From Octopus sinensis (taxonomy: Eukaryota), in NCBI RefSeq assembly GCF_006345805.1, contig NC_043000.1, forward strand, positions 13,454,001 to 13,518,000: a DNA stretch of 64,000 nucleotides, in the 5' to 3' direction. The position numbers and the translations under genes were made by a program. Under the pieces are notes generated by a model, which did not search any database, was not told the DNA's origin, and was given only the letters and a program-made list of their open reading frames with translations. This document shows positions 25,736-38,954 of the stretch, piece after piece (the stretch's first letter is position 1; every line of letters starts with the position of its first letter).

Positions 25736-26254
25736 GAACATATATATGGATGTAAATGGCTATTCCTGTGACAGACTGATGTCCTGTGTAGTGGGTTATG
25801 TTGGCCAATCTCCCTAGCTGTTAGGGTAGTATCTTTCAAAAGCTATGCAATGAGGTGCATTGTAACAAGCGGTAAATAATAACATCCAATAGTCTAGTCA
25901 ATACAACGATACACTGTTTAAGACGTTTATAATAATATTACCATGAGAGCCAAAAATGAAATCAAAAGTGTGAGCTTGAAGCAGCCATTTTGCATGTATC
26001 GTTCATAAAGGTTTTTAAACAGAATGACATAAGGGTAAGCATTTTCTCCAAACTTTCATTTCATATTCCAAAAAATATTCAAACAGAGAGTATTTCAAAA
26101 GAAAATCAGTGTCAGATTACCAACTGATGATTGCAAATGAGTTACTTTGAGCGCTGGAAATTGGAGTCTTTCAGATATAATGTATTAAAGAATACTTTAC
26201 ATTTGTATTGAGTCCTTTAATTTATCACATCTGGTGAATCAACAGAGGTTCATA

Positions 26255-26287
<33 letters not shown>

Positions 26288-26315
26288 ACACATACATATA
26301 TATATATATATATAT

Positions 26316-26515
26316 AGTTAATCCAAACATGAAAACACAACGTGAGGACGTGGAACAAGTATAGTGTAATTGGATGCTCAGGAAAGGAAAGAAAGAAGGA
26401 GGATTTAACGTTTTGAGCAGAGCTCTTCATCAGAAACATAAGAAAAGGAAAGATCCAAGGAAGTGAAGACGGAGGAAAAAAAATCGCCAACAATACACAT
26501 GCGGTCACATTTTAT
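26316..26515 (-). mobile_element. Penelope-like pLTR fragment (family A) with mutated hammerhead motif
   Basis: Minus strand TTT-CTGATGA-AGAGC-TCT-GCTC-AAAAC-GTT-AAA at 26404-26436 (GAAA changed to AAAA); same family as 40626-40835; next to (TA)n. Confidence 0.65.
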
Positions 26516-26517
26516 AT

Positions 26518-26686
26518 ATCATCATCATCATCATCATCGTCGTCGTTTAACGTCCGTTCTCCATGCTAGCATGGGTTGGACGGTTCGACCGGGGTTCTGG
26601 GAAGCCAGAAGGCTGCACCAGGCTCCAGTCTAATTTGGCAATGTTTCTACAGCTGGATGCCCTTCCTAACGCCAACCACTCCGTGA

Positions 26687-26690
<4 letters not shown>
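26518..26690 (-). mobile_element. Inverted RTE 3' tail
   Basis: Reverse complement of the last ~170 bp of the RTE copies; carries the CCAAATTAG variant found in the 14974-16152 copy. Confidence 0.9.
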
Positions 26691-26717
<27 letters not shown>

Positions 26718-26719
26718 TA

Positions 26720-26750
<31 letters not shown>

Positions 26751-26830
26751 GTATGTATATGTGATAGATTTTTAGCTGCTACACACATTTTTTTTCTCTC
26801 CTTGTTTCTCTCCTTGTTTTTTTTTGTGTA

Positions 26831-26868
26831 TCTTTCTGTCGAAGAGCGTAGGCTCGAAATGTAAAAGA
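26831..26868 (+). ncRNA. Type-I hammerhead-like motif (family B) within a ~180-bp Penelope-like fragment (26770-26950)
   Basis: TCTTT-CTGTCGA-A-GAGC-GTAG-GCTC-GAAA-TGT-A-AAAGA: 5-bp stem I, 4-bp stem II, core variant CUGUCGA. Confidence 0.6.
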
Positions 26869-27151
26869 CCTTTTCTATTCCTGAGCGCTATACTAATACA
26901 TTTGTTTGTTTGTACACCACCTGCCTTCGTCTTTTGTTTATTTTCGTAAACTTTCCCTTTATATATATATATATATATATGACTGGCTGTTTTCATTTTT
27001 CCTCAACCACATCCACTCACAAAGCTTTGTTTGGCTTAGGGCTATAATAGAAGGTACATCCTCAAGGTGCCTCACAGTGGTATTGAACCTCAAATCACAT
27101 ACTTGGAAAGCAGACTTTCTCACCATGTACAAACACACACACACACGTATA

Positions 27152-27188
<37 letters not shown>

Positions 27189-27198
27189 ATAACGTCAC

Positions 27199-27238
27199 AA
27201 GAAATTTGAAAAGCTACACGCGAAACCGGTAATTTCTT
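27199..27238 (+). ncRNA. Degenerate minimal type-I hammerhead motif (family C)
   Basis: AAGAAAT-TTGAAAA-GC-TACAC-GC-GAAA-CCGGT-A-ATTTCTT: perfect 7-bp stem I and palindromic ACCGGT stem III; core has two substitutions relative to CUGAAGA. Confidence 0.6.
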
Positions 27239-27410
27239 TAAAAATTTTTTAAATTATGTCATTTTAAGGAAAGGAAAAAAAATTTTTCCAATATTCTCCA
27301 GACATTTTGACACAAATATATATATTTTTTAACATTTAAGCCTTCTGTCGTTTTTTCACACTTTACTATTTTCTTATATATTCACCCACGTGCTTTACCA
27401 AACAAACTTT

Positions 27411-27460
<50 letters not shown>

Positions 27461-28345
27461 CATATATATATATATATCTAGAAAACACATGCACAAATAA
27501 ATATACAGTAATACTATGGTATTAAGAGCTCAAAAGAAATGGCTATTTTATTCATCTCAGTCTTCGTGTTCTGTTTTCTGTGTTCTGTCACGCCAACATC
27601 ATTCATCGATATTCATCTCTCACAACAAGAGGAAAACAAATGATAAGACAGTAAGCAAAACGATAGCTTATGCTTGTTGTGTTTGTTGTTTTGCTCACTA
27701 AATTATTCCAAAGACTGAATTAAAACCGAAAAGAAAGTTTTTAAATATGCAAATATTTCCTTAATAACTATACAAGTAAATTAGTATATAATAAATTTCC
27801 AAAGTAAATATAATAAAAAAATTGAACAGCATGGCTGTGTAGGGAAAAATTTTGTTTCCCAACCACATAGTTTGGGGTTCAGTTCCACTGTGTAGTACCT
27901 TAGACAAGTATCTTCTACTGTAACCTTGGGTTGATTAAAGCCTTGTCAGGGAATTTGGAGGACAAGAATTGAAAGGCACCAGTTGTGTGCATGTGTGTGT
28001 GTGTGCACATGCACATGTGTGTATATGTGTGTGCACGTGTGTGCATGCATGTGTGTGTGTGTATGTGTGTACGCAAGCATGTGTATGTTTGTTTTTGTGT
28101 TTGTCTTCCATCACTGCTTGGCAACCATTGTTAGTTTGTTTATGTCCATGTAATAATGACTTGGCAAAAGAGAACTAACTATATCATAAGTACTTGGCTT
28201 AAAGAACAACATAAGTACTTGAGTTGATTTGTTTTTCTAAACCCTTCAAAGTGGAGCCCCAGCATGGCCTCGGTCAAATGACCGAAACAAGTAAAAGGCA
28301 GAAAAGGTAAAAATGCATGTATAAATATATAAAAAAAAACAAAAT

Positions 28346-28712
28346 AAACAAGAGCACTCAGAGAGTGCAAACCTCCACCAAGGCACCACCAATGTCCTTT
28401 CAATGATTAGCCAAAGATGATCTTTAAAATGAGAATATCTGAAATAAACTCGACTGCTCTCACAAACGAGAATACTAAAAATGAACTGCTCTTGAAAATT
28501 AAGTTAAAACTCAGGAAAAAGAATCCAGAACCCTTGTTTGGTGCTGGATCGATCCCAAAATCTAATCAATCCACGCCAGTCACAAGGCCAAAGATCCCTG
28601 AATCTTTCAAGTAAATCCACCCAGCAGTTCTTGAGACATCTTGTCCATGGACAAACAAACAAACAAACACAACTGAAAACAACACCTCTGCCTTCACTAA
28701 GGCAGAGGTAAT
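28346..28712 (+). mobile_element. Helentron-associated-like non-autonomous element (HINE/DINE-type)
   Basis: Subterminal ACCTCCACCAAGG (28371-28383), internal (AAAC)n, and a 3' perfect 11-bp hairpin ACCTCTGCCTT-CACT-AAGGCAGAGGT (28684-28709). Classification is inferred from architecture. Confidence 0.5.
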
Positions 28713-29449
28713 AATGGCAAGTGTTAAAGGAAATTAGAGAGACCTCATGAGAGTTTCTTAAATTTTTGGCTAAACTTAGTAATTTCTGGCTGATATAAAA
28801 AATTGTGATGATCTATGTGTGTATAAAACCACTATCTCTCACCATTTGATGATTGTGTGTGTGCATGTGTGTGTGTGTGTGTATGTATAGCTATATAATT
28901 TTATTGCTACAACAGACTGGAGTTCCATCTGGGGCAGAGTACATTTGCCAAGAACCTAGGAAACTGGCTTTATGAGCTTAAAGCTTGAGAAGGACCATTA
29001 AGTCTTTTGTGATATAATTTTATATAGACATTTCATGTTTATGGCAAAGATATACGAAATATGAACGTCTAATTTAATGTATGTTTCTTGATTTATTTTC
29101 CATGTACATATCTATTAAATCTGCTTCTATATATTTCATCTATGACTTGTTTTAGTCATTTGATCACAGCCATATTGGGGCATCACTTTGCACTGTTTAG
29201 TCAAGCAAATCAACTCCAATAGTGACATGATACTCATTCTATTGGTTTCTTTTGCCAATGTGTTATAAGGATGTAAACAAACTAATACCAGTTGTCAAGA
29301 GATGGTAGTGGGAAAAATACAAAAACAAATACATGCAGGTATGTACAAAGGTTTCTACCATCTTGTAAATTAATTTGATGGCATTTTGGTTCTTTATTTG
29401 GGTGGTGCTTAATTATTCAGTTATTAAAAGGAATTTTTCTAGCAATATA

Positions 29450-30739
29450 TCAAGTCATCCCATAAGTTCTGTCCGAATTTTGAATAAAGAAAACAAGTAA
29501 TCAAATGTTATATTTAATTGAAATTTAATCATCAATGTACTTTTCCTGATTATCTATGACTTCCTTCCATCTATTTACAAGATTTTTAATCCCACCAATT
29601 TGAAACTCTTTTGGTTTCAAAGTGAAGAACTCTGAAATGTCAGTTTTGACCTCCTCCTGGCTTGCAAAAGTTATGTCCCTCAAATGATTCTGTAAACTAT
29701 GAAACAAATGGTAGTCTGAAGGAGCAAGGTTGGAAGAATAAGGTGGATGAGAAATTTTTTTCCAACCAAGCTCTTCGATCTTCTGTGATGTGATCTTTGC
29801 AGTATGGGGTCGTGCATTGTCCTGATGAAACATCACTCCTTTTTGATTCACTAAAGTGGGTCTTTTTTATCTTCAAAGCTTGGTTCAAACACTTTAATTG
29901 CTGACAGTAGACTTGAGCATTGATTGTTTCTTTAGGTGGTAACAATTCAAAGTGAATTACTCCTTTGCAATCCCACCAGATAAAGAGAAGAACCTTTTTT
30001 CCATGAAGTTACCTTCTTGGTTGTGGTTGAGCCTTTTCCCTTTTACCAAGCCACTATTTACAACATTTAATATTTCGATAGAAGCTCCATTTTTCATCAC
30101 CAGTCACAAATCTATCCTAAAAGGGTGAAATGAGTTTCCGAGAATGGAGAGAAGAGCAGATGTCAACTTGGTATTTGCGGTTGTTTGCGGACAATTCACA
30201 AGGCACCCATTTTCCAAGCTTAGGAACCTTTCTAAGTTGTTGAAGATGACGATGAACAGTTGTATGGTTTGAACTAAGCTTTATTGCCAATTCTTCAACT
30301 GATAACACAGGATTTTCTTCAAGTAATGCCTCAAGGAGCTTATCATCAAACTCAACAGGACGTCCTGTTCAATCTTCATCTTCAAGGCTGAAATCTCCAC
30401 TTCTGAATTTTGCAAACCATCTTCTGCAAGTTCTTTCATTCAAGCATTCTTTCCCATAAACTGAGTGTATGTTTTGAGTCGCTTCGGCTGCAGAGTTTCC
30501 TTTTTTGTACCCAAAAAGCATTATGTGCCTTAAATGCTCTTTGGATACTTCCATGTTAGTAAGGGTTTTAATCAAAGAAATTTTAATTCTATTATTCTGT
30601 AAAATAATATTTAATTAGTTTAAATGTACACAAATACACAAAAATAATTTTAATTCCATCAGACATTCTAAAATACTATTAGATTTCATTCAATTTTAAA
30701 AAAAAGGTAAAATCAGACAGAACTTATGGGATGACCTGA
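29450..30739 (-). mobile_element. Full-length decayed mariner transposon (D,D34D)
   Basis: ~30-bp TIRs TCA(A/G)GTCATCCCATAAGTTCTGTC, TA duplication, 1290 bp total; transposase motifs WFAKFRSGD, GRP, WVP, TGDEKW, HQDNARPH, HPPYSSNLAPSDYHLF. Confidence 0.95.
29525..30554 (-). pseudogene. Mariner transposase pseudogene
   Basis: MEVSKEHLRH... through ...NQEKYIDD* is split over four ORF fragments by stops and frameshifts. Confidence 0.9.
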
Positions 30740-32011
30740 TATTACACACCACATTCATTCAGTAGACATTAGCTGGCCTGGAGCTAAAGAAGAAAACATT
30801 TGCTCAAGGTGCCTTGCAGTAAAACTGAACATGAAACCACATGGTTTGCAAAGGGAGCTTCTTAACCACACAGCCATGCCATACTCTGTAATTTTTGTTT
30901 TGTATTTCATTGAGCCCTTTGTTTAACTTTTGCATGGAGAAATATTCTTCTTATACCTTCAAAATATTTATTCCTATCAGAAATTTATATGCAAGAGTGT
31001 GTCTGTTTTTGTGTGGGAAATAGACACAGAACAACTTTATAGGGCATATCTTAATTAGTTTGAATGAAGTATTTTCACAGAGAGTATTCCATAATTATTT
31101 AATTAACTAGAGCTTTCCTTTTTTTTTGTTGTTACTTTTCCAATCATTGGACTGTAGCCATGCCAAGGTGCCACTTTGAAGAATTTAGTCAAACAAATCA
31201 ACTCCAGTATGAGTTCTTTAAGTTTGGCATTTATTCTATCAGTGTTTTTCATTGAACTGCTAAGTTACAGGGTGATACAAGCAACCCAACAGAAAAACTC
31301 ACACACATATACATGATAGATTTCTGGAAAGTTTCTGTCTATTAAAACCATTGGCTGATCTGTGGCTATAATAGAAGATACTTGCCCAAAGTGTCACACA
31401 GTGGAGCTGAACCCAAAATCTTGTGGTTGCAATGTGAGCTTCTTAGCCAAGCTGTCATGCATATGCCTATAAAAATACACATTGGTGGCAAGTACACTGG
31501 GCTTGTTTTTATCAGGTAAATTCAAGTGCAAAACCAAGAGTTCTAATAGAAGACTCTTGCCCAATGTGCTGTTGGGACTAAACCTAAAAGCACACAGTAG
31601 AGAAATAAACTTCTTATACACAAGGCCACACACAAAAACCAAACATGTATGTTGTTATGTGTGTGTGCGTGTGTGTACATATGTATCTATGTATGTATAT
31701 CTCTTCTATTTTTTAATTATTATAAATCTTCCACAGAGGAGGAAGCCGTTTCCAACAAAGATACAAGGCTCAATCTTTGGGATGTAGTTAACACAGATAA
31801 ATTCACATTTGGAACTTGAGGAAAGTCTTGCATATTTTTACTGTTCCACTCACAGATTGTACTTTTAATGTACAAATTAGGTGGTTGATTTCTCTTTCTG
31901 AAAATTTCAGTTTATCCAGATTCTCCTTTAGGCATTTACTAACAAAACCCAGTGCTCCAATTGTTATTGGTATGAATATAAATTCAGTCTGTCTGTCTGT
32001 CTGTTTATCTG

Positions 32012-32045
<34 letters not shown>

Positions 32046-32256
32046 TGTATGTATGTATGTATGTATGTATGTATGTATGTACGTAAGTATAGTTTATATG
32101 TATGTATGTATGTATGTATGTATATGTATGTACATGTGTATATGTGTATGTGTGTTTGTGTGTGCGTGTGTAAAACTACATACATAAACAAACATGAATG
32201 AGAGAAAGAGAATAAGAATAGGAGGTAATTTTAAACAGAAAATGAAGAAATCTTAC

Positions 32257-32316
32257 CAGAAATAAACTCGGTTCCTTTGTAGGTTTTTCCAAAGAGTTTT
32301 GTTATTTTCTTGTCAT
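32257..32316 (-). CDS. Candidate 60-nt phase-1/phase-1 coding exon of an unidentified host gene
   Basis: Minus strand: long pyrimidine tract ...GAGCAG|ATGACAAG...ATTTCTG|GTAAGA; only one frame is open, (D)DKKITKLFGKTYKGTEFIS; lies in non-repetitive sequence. Confidence 0.45.
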
Positions 32317-32980
32317 CTGCTCAGTTGGTGGTTGAAGAAAAAGAAGAAGAAAAAAAACAATAAACAATAACAGAAATAGGTATTATTTACATTTCATTAA
32401 AACTGTGTTCTTGTGAAGAAATGGTTAAAAAAAAAATTCTGGAGTTTTTTTTGTTTTCGTTTTGAGTTCTTTATGTTTCTGGGGTTTATTTTGGTGACTA
32501 TATTTTTTTGTTTTTCTTAACTTGGTGATTTACATTCTTGCCATCTCTTCCTCATATATTTCCCATATATTTGCTTGGAATACTACGAACAAAGACAAAA
32601 TAAGTAACCTTCCTAATTTGCGCTTATTTAGCAGATCGGCTGAAGACACTGGGTGAAGGATGTATTTAGTAGTGTTTCCATTTCTTTTTACTTATTTAGC
32701 ACTATAACAACAACAACAGCAAGAACAACAACAACAACAACAACAACTACAATAATAATAATCTTTTCTACATTAGACACAAGACCTGAAACTTTGGGGC
32801 AGAGGCAACTTAATTACATTGATCCCAGTCCTTAACTAGTACTTATTTTATTGAACTTCAGAAAGGATGAAAGGTAAAGTCGACCTCAGCTGAATTTGAA
32901 CTCAGAACATAGAGACAGATAAAATGTCGCTAAGCAATTTGCCTGGCATGGTAATGATGCTGCCAGCTTGCTGCCTTAAC

Positions 32981-33101
<121 letters not shown>

Positions 33102-34350
33102 CAATCCTTATTCAGGGACCTTTTGAGCAGGATGGGTTACTTGACCAAAAAAAAAATTCTAACTGGATCCCACCTGCAAGGTTATGGGCTGTTTATCTTG
33201 ATATGAGATCACCATGTTGCGCACATATCAGACGGGTAGTCATGATGGGTATATTGGGCTTCATATATTTTAGTACAAGGCCAGCAATATTGGGGTAGGA
33301 GATTAATCAAATACATCAACACCAATACTCAACTGGTACTTATTTTATTGATCCCAAAAAGGATAAAAGGCAAAGTCAACCTCAGTATATCAACCCTAGT
33401 ATACAACTGGTACTTATTTTATTGACCCCAAAAGGATGAAAGTCAAAGTTTACCACAGCAGAATTTGAACTCAGAACATAAAGACAAACTGCTTATTGAT
33501 GTTTTGTCCAGCATACTAATGACTCTGTCAGTTCGCCACCTTATTATCAATAATTATAATAATGATTTCAAAATTTGGTTCAAGGCCAGCAATGTCGGAG
33601 AGGGAGGGGTAGGATGAGTTGAATACATCAACCCCAGTACTTAAATAGTACTTCTTTTATTGATCCCAAAAAGGATAAAAGGCTAAGTCAACCTTGGCAG
33701 AATCTGAACTCAGAATGTAATGAGTCAGAAGAAATGTTGAATGTGTTAAGAAATCTGCTAGCTCACCACCTTAATAATAATAATAATAATAAATGCCCTG
33801 ATGCAGTACCAGACAGTGGCTCTCATGGCTTTTGATCTTAACTGCTTGGAAGTGCTATCATGTACATTGTTTTGTCTTGGTATAAAAGATGGGCTACAGC
33901 AAATATTCTGCTCAATACCACAGATTTGCTTGTCAGTTGTTTGACCTTAACCAGTTGAGCATGTCCTTTAGTGCATCTCTGATCATGAGCAGAAGTAGTG
34001 GGGGAGCATCATAGCTGCGTGTTGAAAGGAATTCTTAGAGTTTGGGATAATTCACCTTTGGAAACATGGGTGGTTCATTCAACATCCTTAAACAATCCTT
34101 AAACAAGGACCTTTTGAGCAGGATGGGCTACTCAACCAGAACAATATACTAACTGGGCCCCACCTGCAAGTTCATGTGCTGTTTATCTTAATATGAGATC
34201 ACCATGTCACGCACATATGGGTGTGATGCACCTGCCTGGTGTACTCTTATCAGACGGGTAGTCATGATGGGTTTACTGGGCTTCATATGTTTTACCATAA
34301 TGCCACTTTGATGGCATGTACTGTTCTCTCACTCAATAATGATAATAATG

Positions 34351-34420
<70 letters not shown>

Positions 34421-35245
34421 GAACTATTACTACCCATGTATTTTAACTTAACTTAAAAAAAAAAAAATGAACGAATTATTGAGTTTAGTTTAATGGCCTA
34501 CCAATGTATACTATGAGTTTCTTTGCCCTAGGAGTCGGGAAGACACTCGGAAAGAAATGGAAGCAAATTTGAAAAAAGAAAAAAAAAATAATAATAATAA
34601 TAATGATGATGGTTTCAAATTTTGGCACAAGACCAGTAATTTCAGGGGAGAGGATGAGTCGAATGCATCAACACCAATACTCAACTGATACTTATTTTAT
34701 CAATCCCCAAAATGATGAAAGGTAAAATAAACCTCAGCAGAATTTGAACTCAGAACATGAAGGTGGATGAAATGCTGCTAAACATTTTGCTAGGCAAGTT
34801 AATGATTCTGCCACTTTGCTGTCTTAACTGAATGAAATACTACAAAATTAACAGAATTTTAGTTCTCAGATTCTGGTCCCCTTTCCATTTAATGCATCAT
34901 TGTTGATCTTAAACAACACTCAAGCTAAAATGTCCAGCTTGCTGTTATTTGAGGTTTCTGAGTGAGACTTGGAGTGAAGTAAGAAAGAGAGGGACAATGG
35001 GTGTGTTTGTATATGTGTGTGTGAAAGAGAAAGGGAGAGTGTGTGTGTGTGCAGGTGTGTGTTTGTGTGCATTTATGCATGCAAAAGAGAGGGTGTGTGT
35101 GAATATGAGAAAGAGAGAGAGTGTGCACCTAAGAAAGAGAGAACATGTGCACGTGATTACAAAAAGAAAGAAAGAAAATGTATGTGTGTGTTTATGAGAA
35201 AGGTGTGCATGTGTGTGTGTGTGTGAGAAAGCAAGAAAGTGTATA

Positions 35246-35757
35246 CCGTAAATCCTCAAGTATAGTCTGCCCTTGAGTATAATACGGAGGGGATTTTTAG
35301 GGGGCTGTACCTCTGAAAAACCTAAACCTTATGTATAATACGCACCCCTTCTCTAACATGAGTCAAGAAGGTCTATATACCGTCCATGGTTTGTAAAAAT
35401 GTATACGCTAACGTCCTTTATTATTATTGTATATATAACATAATGCAAACGTGTAGCTTTTTTGTGCATTTTGTTTGCAGAAAATAAAGAAATAACAGTA
35501 ATAACATTTAATAAATGTTGCTTACTGCAAGTTATGGATGATTCTTTTATGACTTCATTGCTTTCAGGCTTAGCTTAAGGTATTTTCGCGCCTGACATCA
35601 CAAAATGCGTCTGAATATACATTGCTGGACAGCAAATAGAAACTCGGACATTACATAGAAAATAATTTTCATTTTTAACCTCATATATAGTACGCACTAG
35701 GGATTTTGACCTTTAAATTTTGGGGAAAAAGTGTGGATTATGCTCTAGGATTTACGG
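35246..35757. mobile_element. Tc2/pogo-like MITE, copy 3
   Basis: TA|CCGTAAATCCTCAAGTATAGTC ... GGATTATGCTCTAGGATTTACGG|TA. Confidence 0.88.
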
Positions 35758-36430
35758 TATATATGGGAAAGAGAGAGGGTGCATGTATAAAAGTTAGATT
35801 GTGTGTGTGTGTGTGGTGTGTGTGTGTGTGTGCATATGAGAAACAGTATGTGTGTGTGTGAGAGAAAAGGAGGCTGTGTGTATATGGGTATATGAGAAAG
35901 AGTGTGCTGTGTGTCTGAGAAAGAGAGTGAGTATGCAAAAGGAGTGTGTGTGTGTGTGCATGTATGAGAAAGAGAGAGTGAGTTGTGTGTATGTGAGAAA
36001 GTGTTTGTGTATAAGATAGTGAGTATGTACATGTAAGAGTGAGGCTGTGAGGAAGTGAAAAAGAGAGATAAAGAGGGAGAGGGAGAGAGAGAGAGAGAAA
36101 CAGAGAGGGAATGTGTGTGTGAGAGAGAGAGAGAGAGAAACAGAGAGGGAATGTGTGTGTGTATGAGAGAGAGAGAGAAACAGAGAGGGAATGTGTGTGA
36201 GAGAGAGAGAGAAACTGTAGAGACTTTGGAAGCATGTATGAGGGAGACAAATAGAGAGGAGGAAAGAGAGAGAATGTGTGTGTGTGTGTGTGTATGTGTG
36301 TGTGTGTGTGCGTGTGAGAGAGAGAGAGAGAGAGAGACAAACAGACAGAGAATGTGTATGCCAGTGAGGGAGAAAGAGAAACTATAGAGACTATGGAAGC
36401 ATGTATGAGGGAGACAAATGTAGAGGAATG

Positions 36431-36472
<42 letters not shown>

Positions 36473-36881
36473 GAGAGAGAGAGGGGGAAGCATGAATGTG
36501 CATCTCTAAATGTGTGTGAGTGCATGTGTGTATAATGCTATGTGTATGTGTACAAGTATGTATGCATGAGCATCAGCAATGGCTAACAGCACAAAGTGGT
36601 CACAAGAACAAACAACTTGTGTGCAGTGGAATGAATTAATGTATGTAGATACGTGAGTATATATGTACGTATATATGTTCCTGTATATGCATGAGCATTG
36701 CAGTAACTAACAGAACAAAGTGGCCATAAGTCCATAACAAAAAAACAACTTCTGTGGGTGTATTGTGTATGTATATATATGTAAGCATGTATGTCTATAT
36801 GATATATATGATTATTTATATGTATACATGTATGTATATATGATATATATGTATATGTATATCTATATCTATATCTATCTA

Positions 36882-36962
<81 letters not shown>

Positions 36963-37032
36963 ATATATATGTATATATATATATGTATGTATGTACATAT
37001 GATATATATACATATATCTATATCTATATCTA

Positions 37033-37075
<43 letters not shown>

Positions 37076-37853
37076 ATATATATATATATATGTGCATATA
37101 TGTGTGTATACATATATATATATATATATATATGTATATGTCTATAAATATGTATGTATATGTCTAAGTATGTATGTGTATGGAAATGGTTAGCAGGGCA
37201 GAGTATATCTATCCACAAGAACAAACAGCTCGGGTTGAGATTCAAACACCACATTGGACATCATTCAAGCTGGTTGCACGTGATGCTGACAATATGGTCT
37301 TTGAACGCACTGAGTGCAGCTGCAGTAAGAGTGAAAGTGAAACTACAAAGCATGTACGATGAGTGGCTGTATGTACGTTGCATCCACCACTGCCCTTCTC
37401 TCTCTCTCTTTTATCTCCTTCTCTTATCTCCTTTCTATATGTCTGAGTTTGAGCATGTGTGTGAATTTTTTTTTTTAATCTGTCAGTCACACTCCCACTT
37501 CTTTCTCTCTGTGTTCATCTTTTACTCATATTCTGATATTTCAGATTCACTCTACTATCTAACACATACAGCTCACTCCTCCACTCTTGCTCTCCCCACT
37601 CTCACTCTTTCTCTAAGATGCATACATACATACATACATACATACAGACAGACAGACAACAGACAGTCAAACAGACACATACATACATACATACTACATA
37701 CATACATACATACATACATACACACACATACATTTTTACTTATATATACTTGCATATATATATATATATATAGACATACATAGATATATGTCTCTTATTC
37801 TTTTACTTTTTTCGGTATTTAGACTGCAGCTATGTGTGTGTATATACACATAC

Positions 37854-37923
<70 letters not shown>

Positions 37924-37930
37924 CATCATC

Positions 37931-37962
<32 letters not shown>

Positions 37963-38114
37963 CAGTTTAACATTCACTTTTTCATGCAATGTGTGTTGGA
38001 CAGAAATTGTCGGGGCAGATTTTCTATGACTGGATGACTTTTTCTGTTGCCAACCACATGACATAATCTGACCAACAGAAGCCTAAATACCATGAATGCA
38101 TCACCCTTCTTTAT

Positions 38115-38170
38115 CTCTGGACATCTGAAGAGATGGATGTGTCCTACATTCACGAAACCTTAATGTGGAG
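38115..38170 (+). ncRNA. Type-I hammerhead motif (family D, copy 1)
   Basis: ACAT-CTGAAGA-G(A)TGGATGT-GTCCT-ACATTCAC-GAAA-CCTTA-ATGT; core intact, stem III imperfect. Confidence 0.6.
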
Positions 38171-38876
38171 CTGAGTCAAACATATTTGTACCTGTAATTC
38201 AATAGGTACACCTTTGTTGTACTCTATGCCACAATGATTCTGCCTGAGAATTGCATTAAGAGTACACATGCCAGTGGAATACTCGGCTAATTACACAGAA
38301 GATTTTACAGCTGACAGAACAACATACACACACATACATGTATATACATATTGGGTGTCCATAAATTACCTTTACAATTTGAAAATTCAGAAAAAAGGGA
38401 TGACTCAGCAAAGTTTATTGGGAAACAAATAAAGTTTTATTATAAACATCAGAACATTTGTATATGGACTCCATTGGTTGCATGCAACACATCTAGACAA
38501 TATAATACGATAAATTGTGGAAGTAGTAAAGATAATTTATGAACAGCCTATATAGGTACAGGAGTGGCTGTGTGGTAAGAAGTTTGCTTCCCAGCCACAT
38601 GGTTCCAGGTTCAGTCCCACTGTGTGGTATATTGGGCAAGTGTCTTCTACTATAACCTCAGGCCAACCAAAGCCCCACCACCACCATCACCACCATCACT
38701 TGTCAACCAATGTTGGTGTGTTTACATCTCCGTAACTTAACAGTTTTGCAAAAGACACCAATAGAATAAATACTAGGTTTACAAAGAATAAGTCCTGGGG
38801 TTGATTTGTTTGACTAAAGGTGGTGCTCCAGCATGGCCACAGTCAAATGACTGAAACAAGTAAAAGAGTGTATATA

Positions 38877-38952
<76 letters not shown>

Positions 38953-38954
38953 TA

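Noticed and set aside
28417-28614. 65-aa ORF with non-repetitive composition
   Set aside because: Lies wholly inside the HINE-like element; no recognisable domain.
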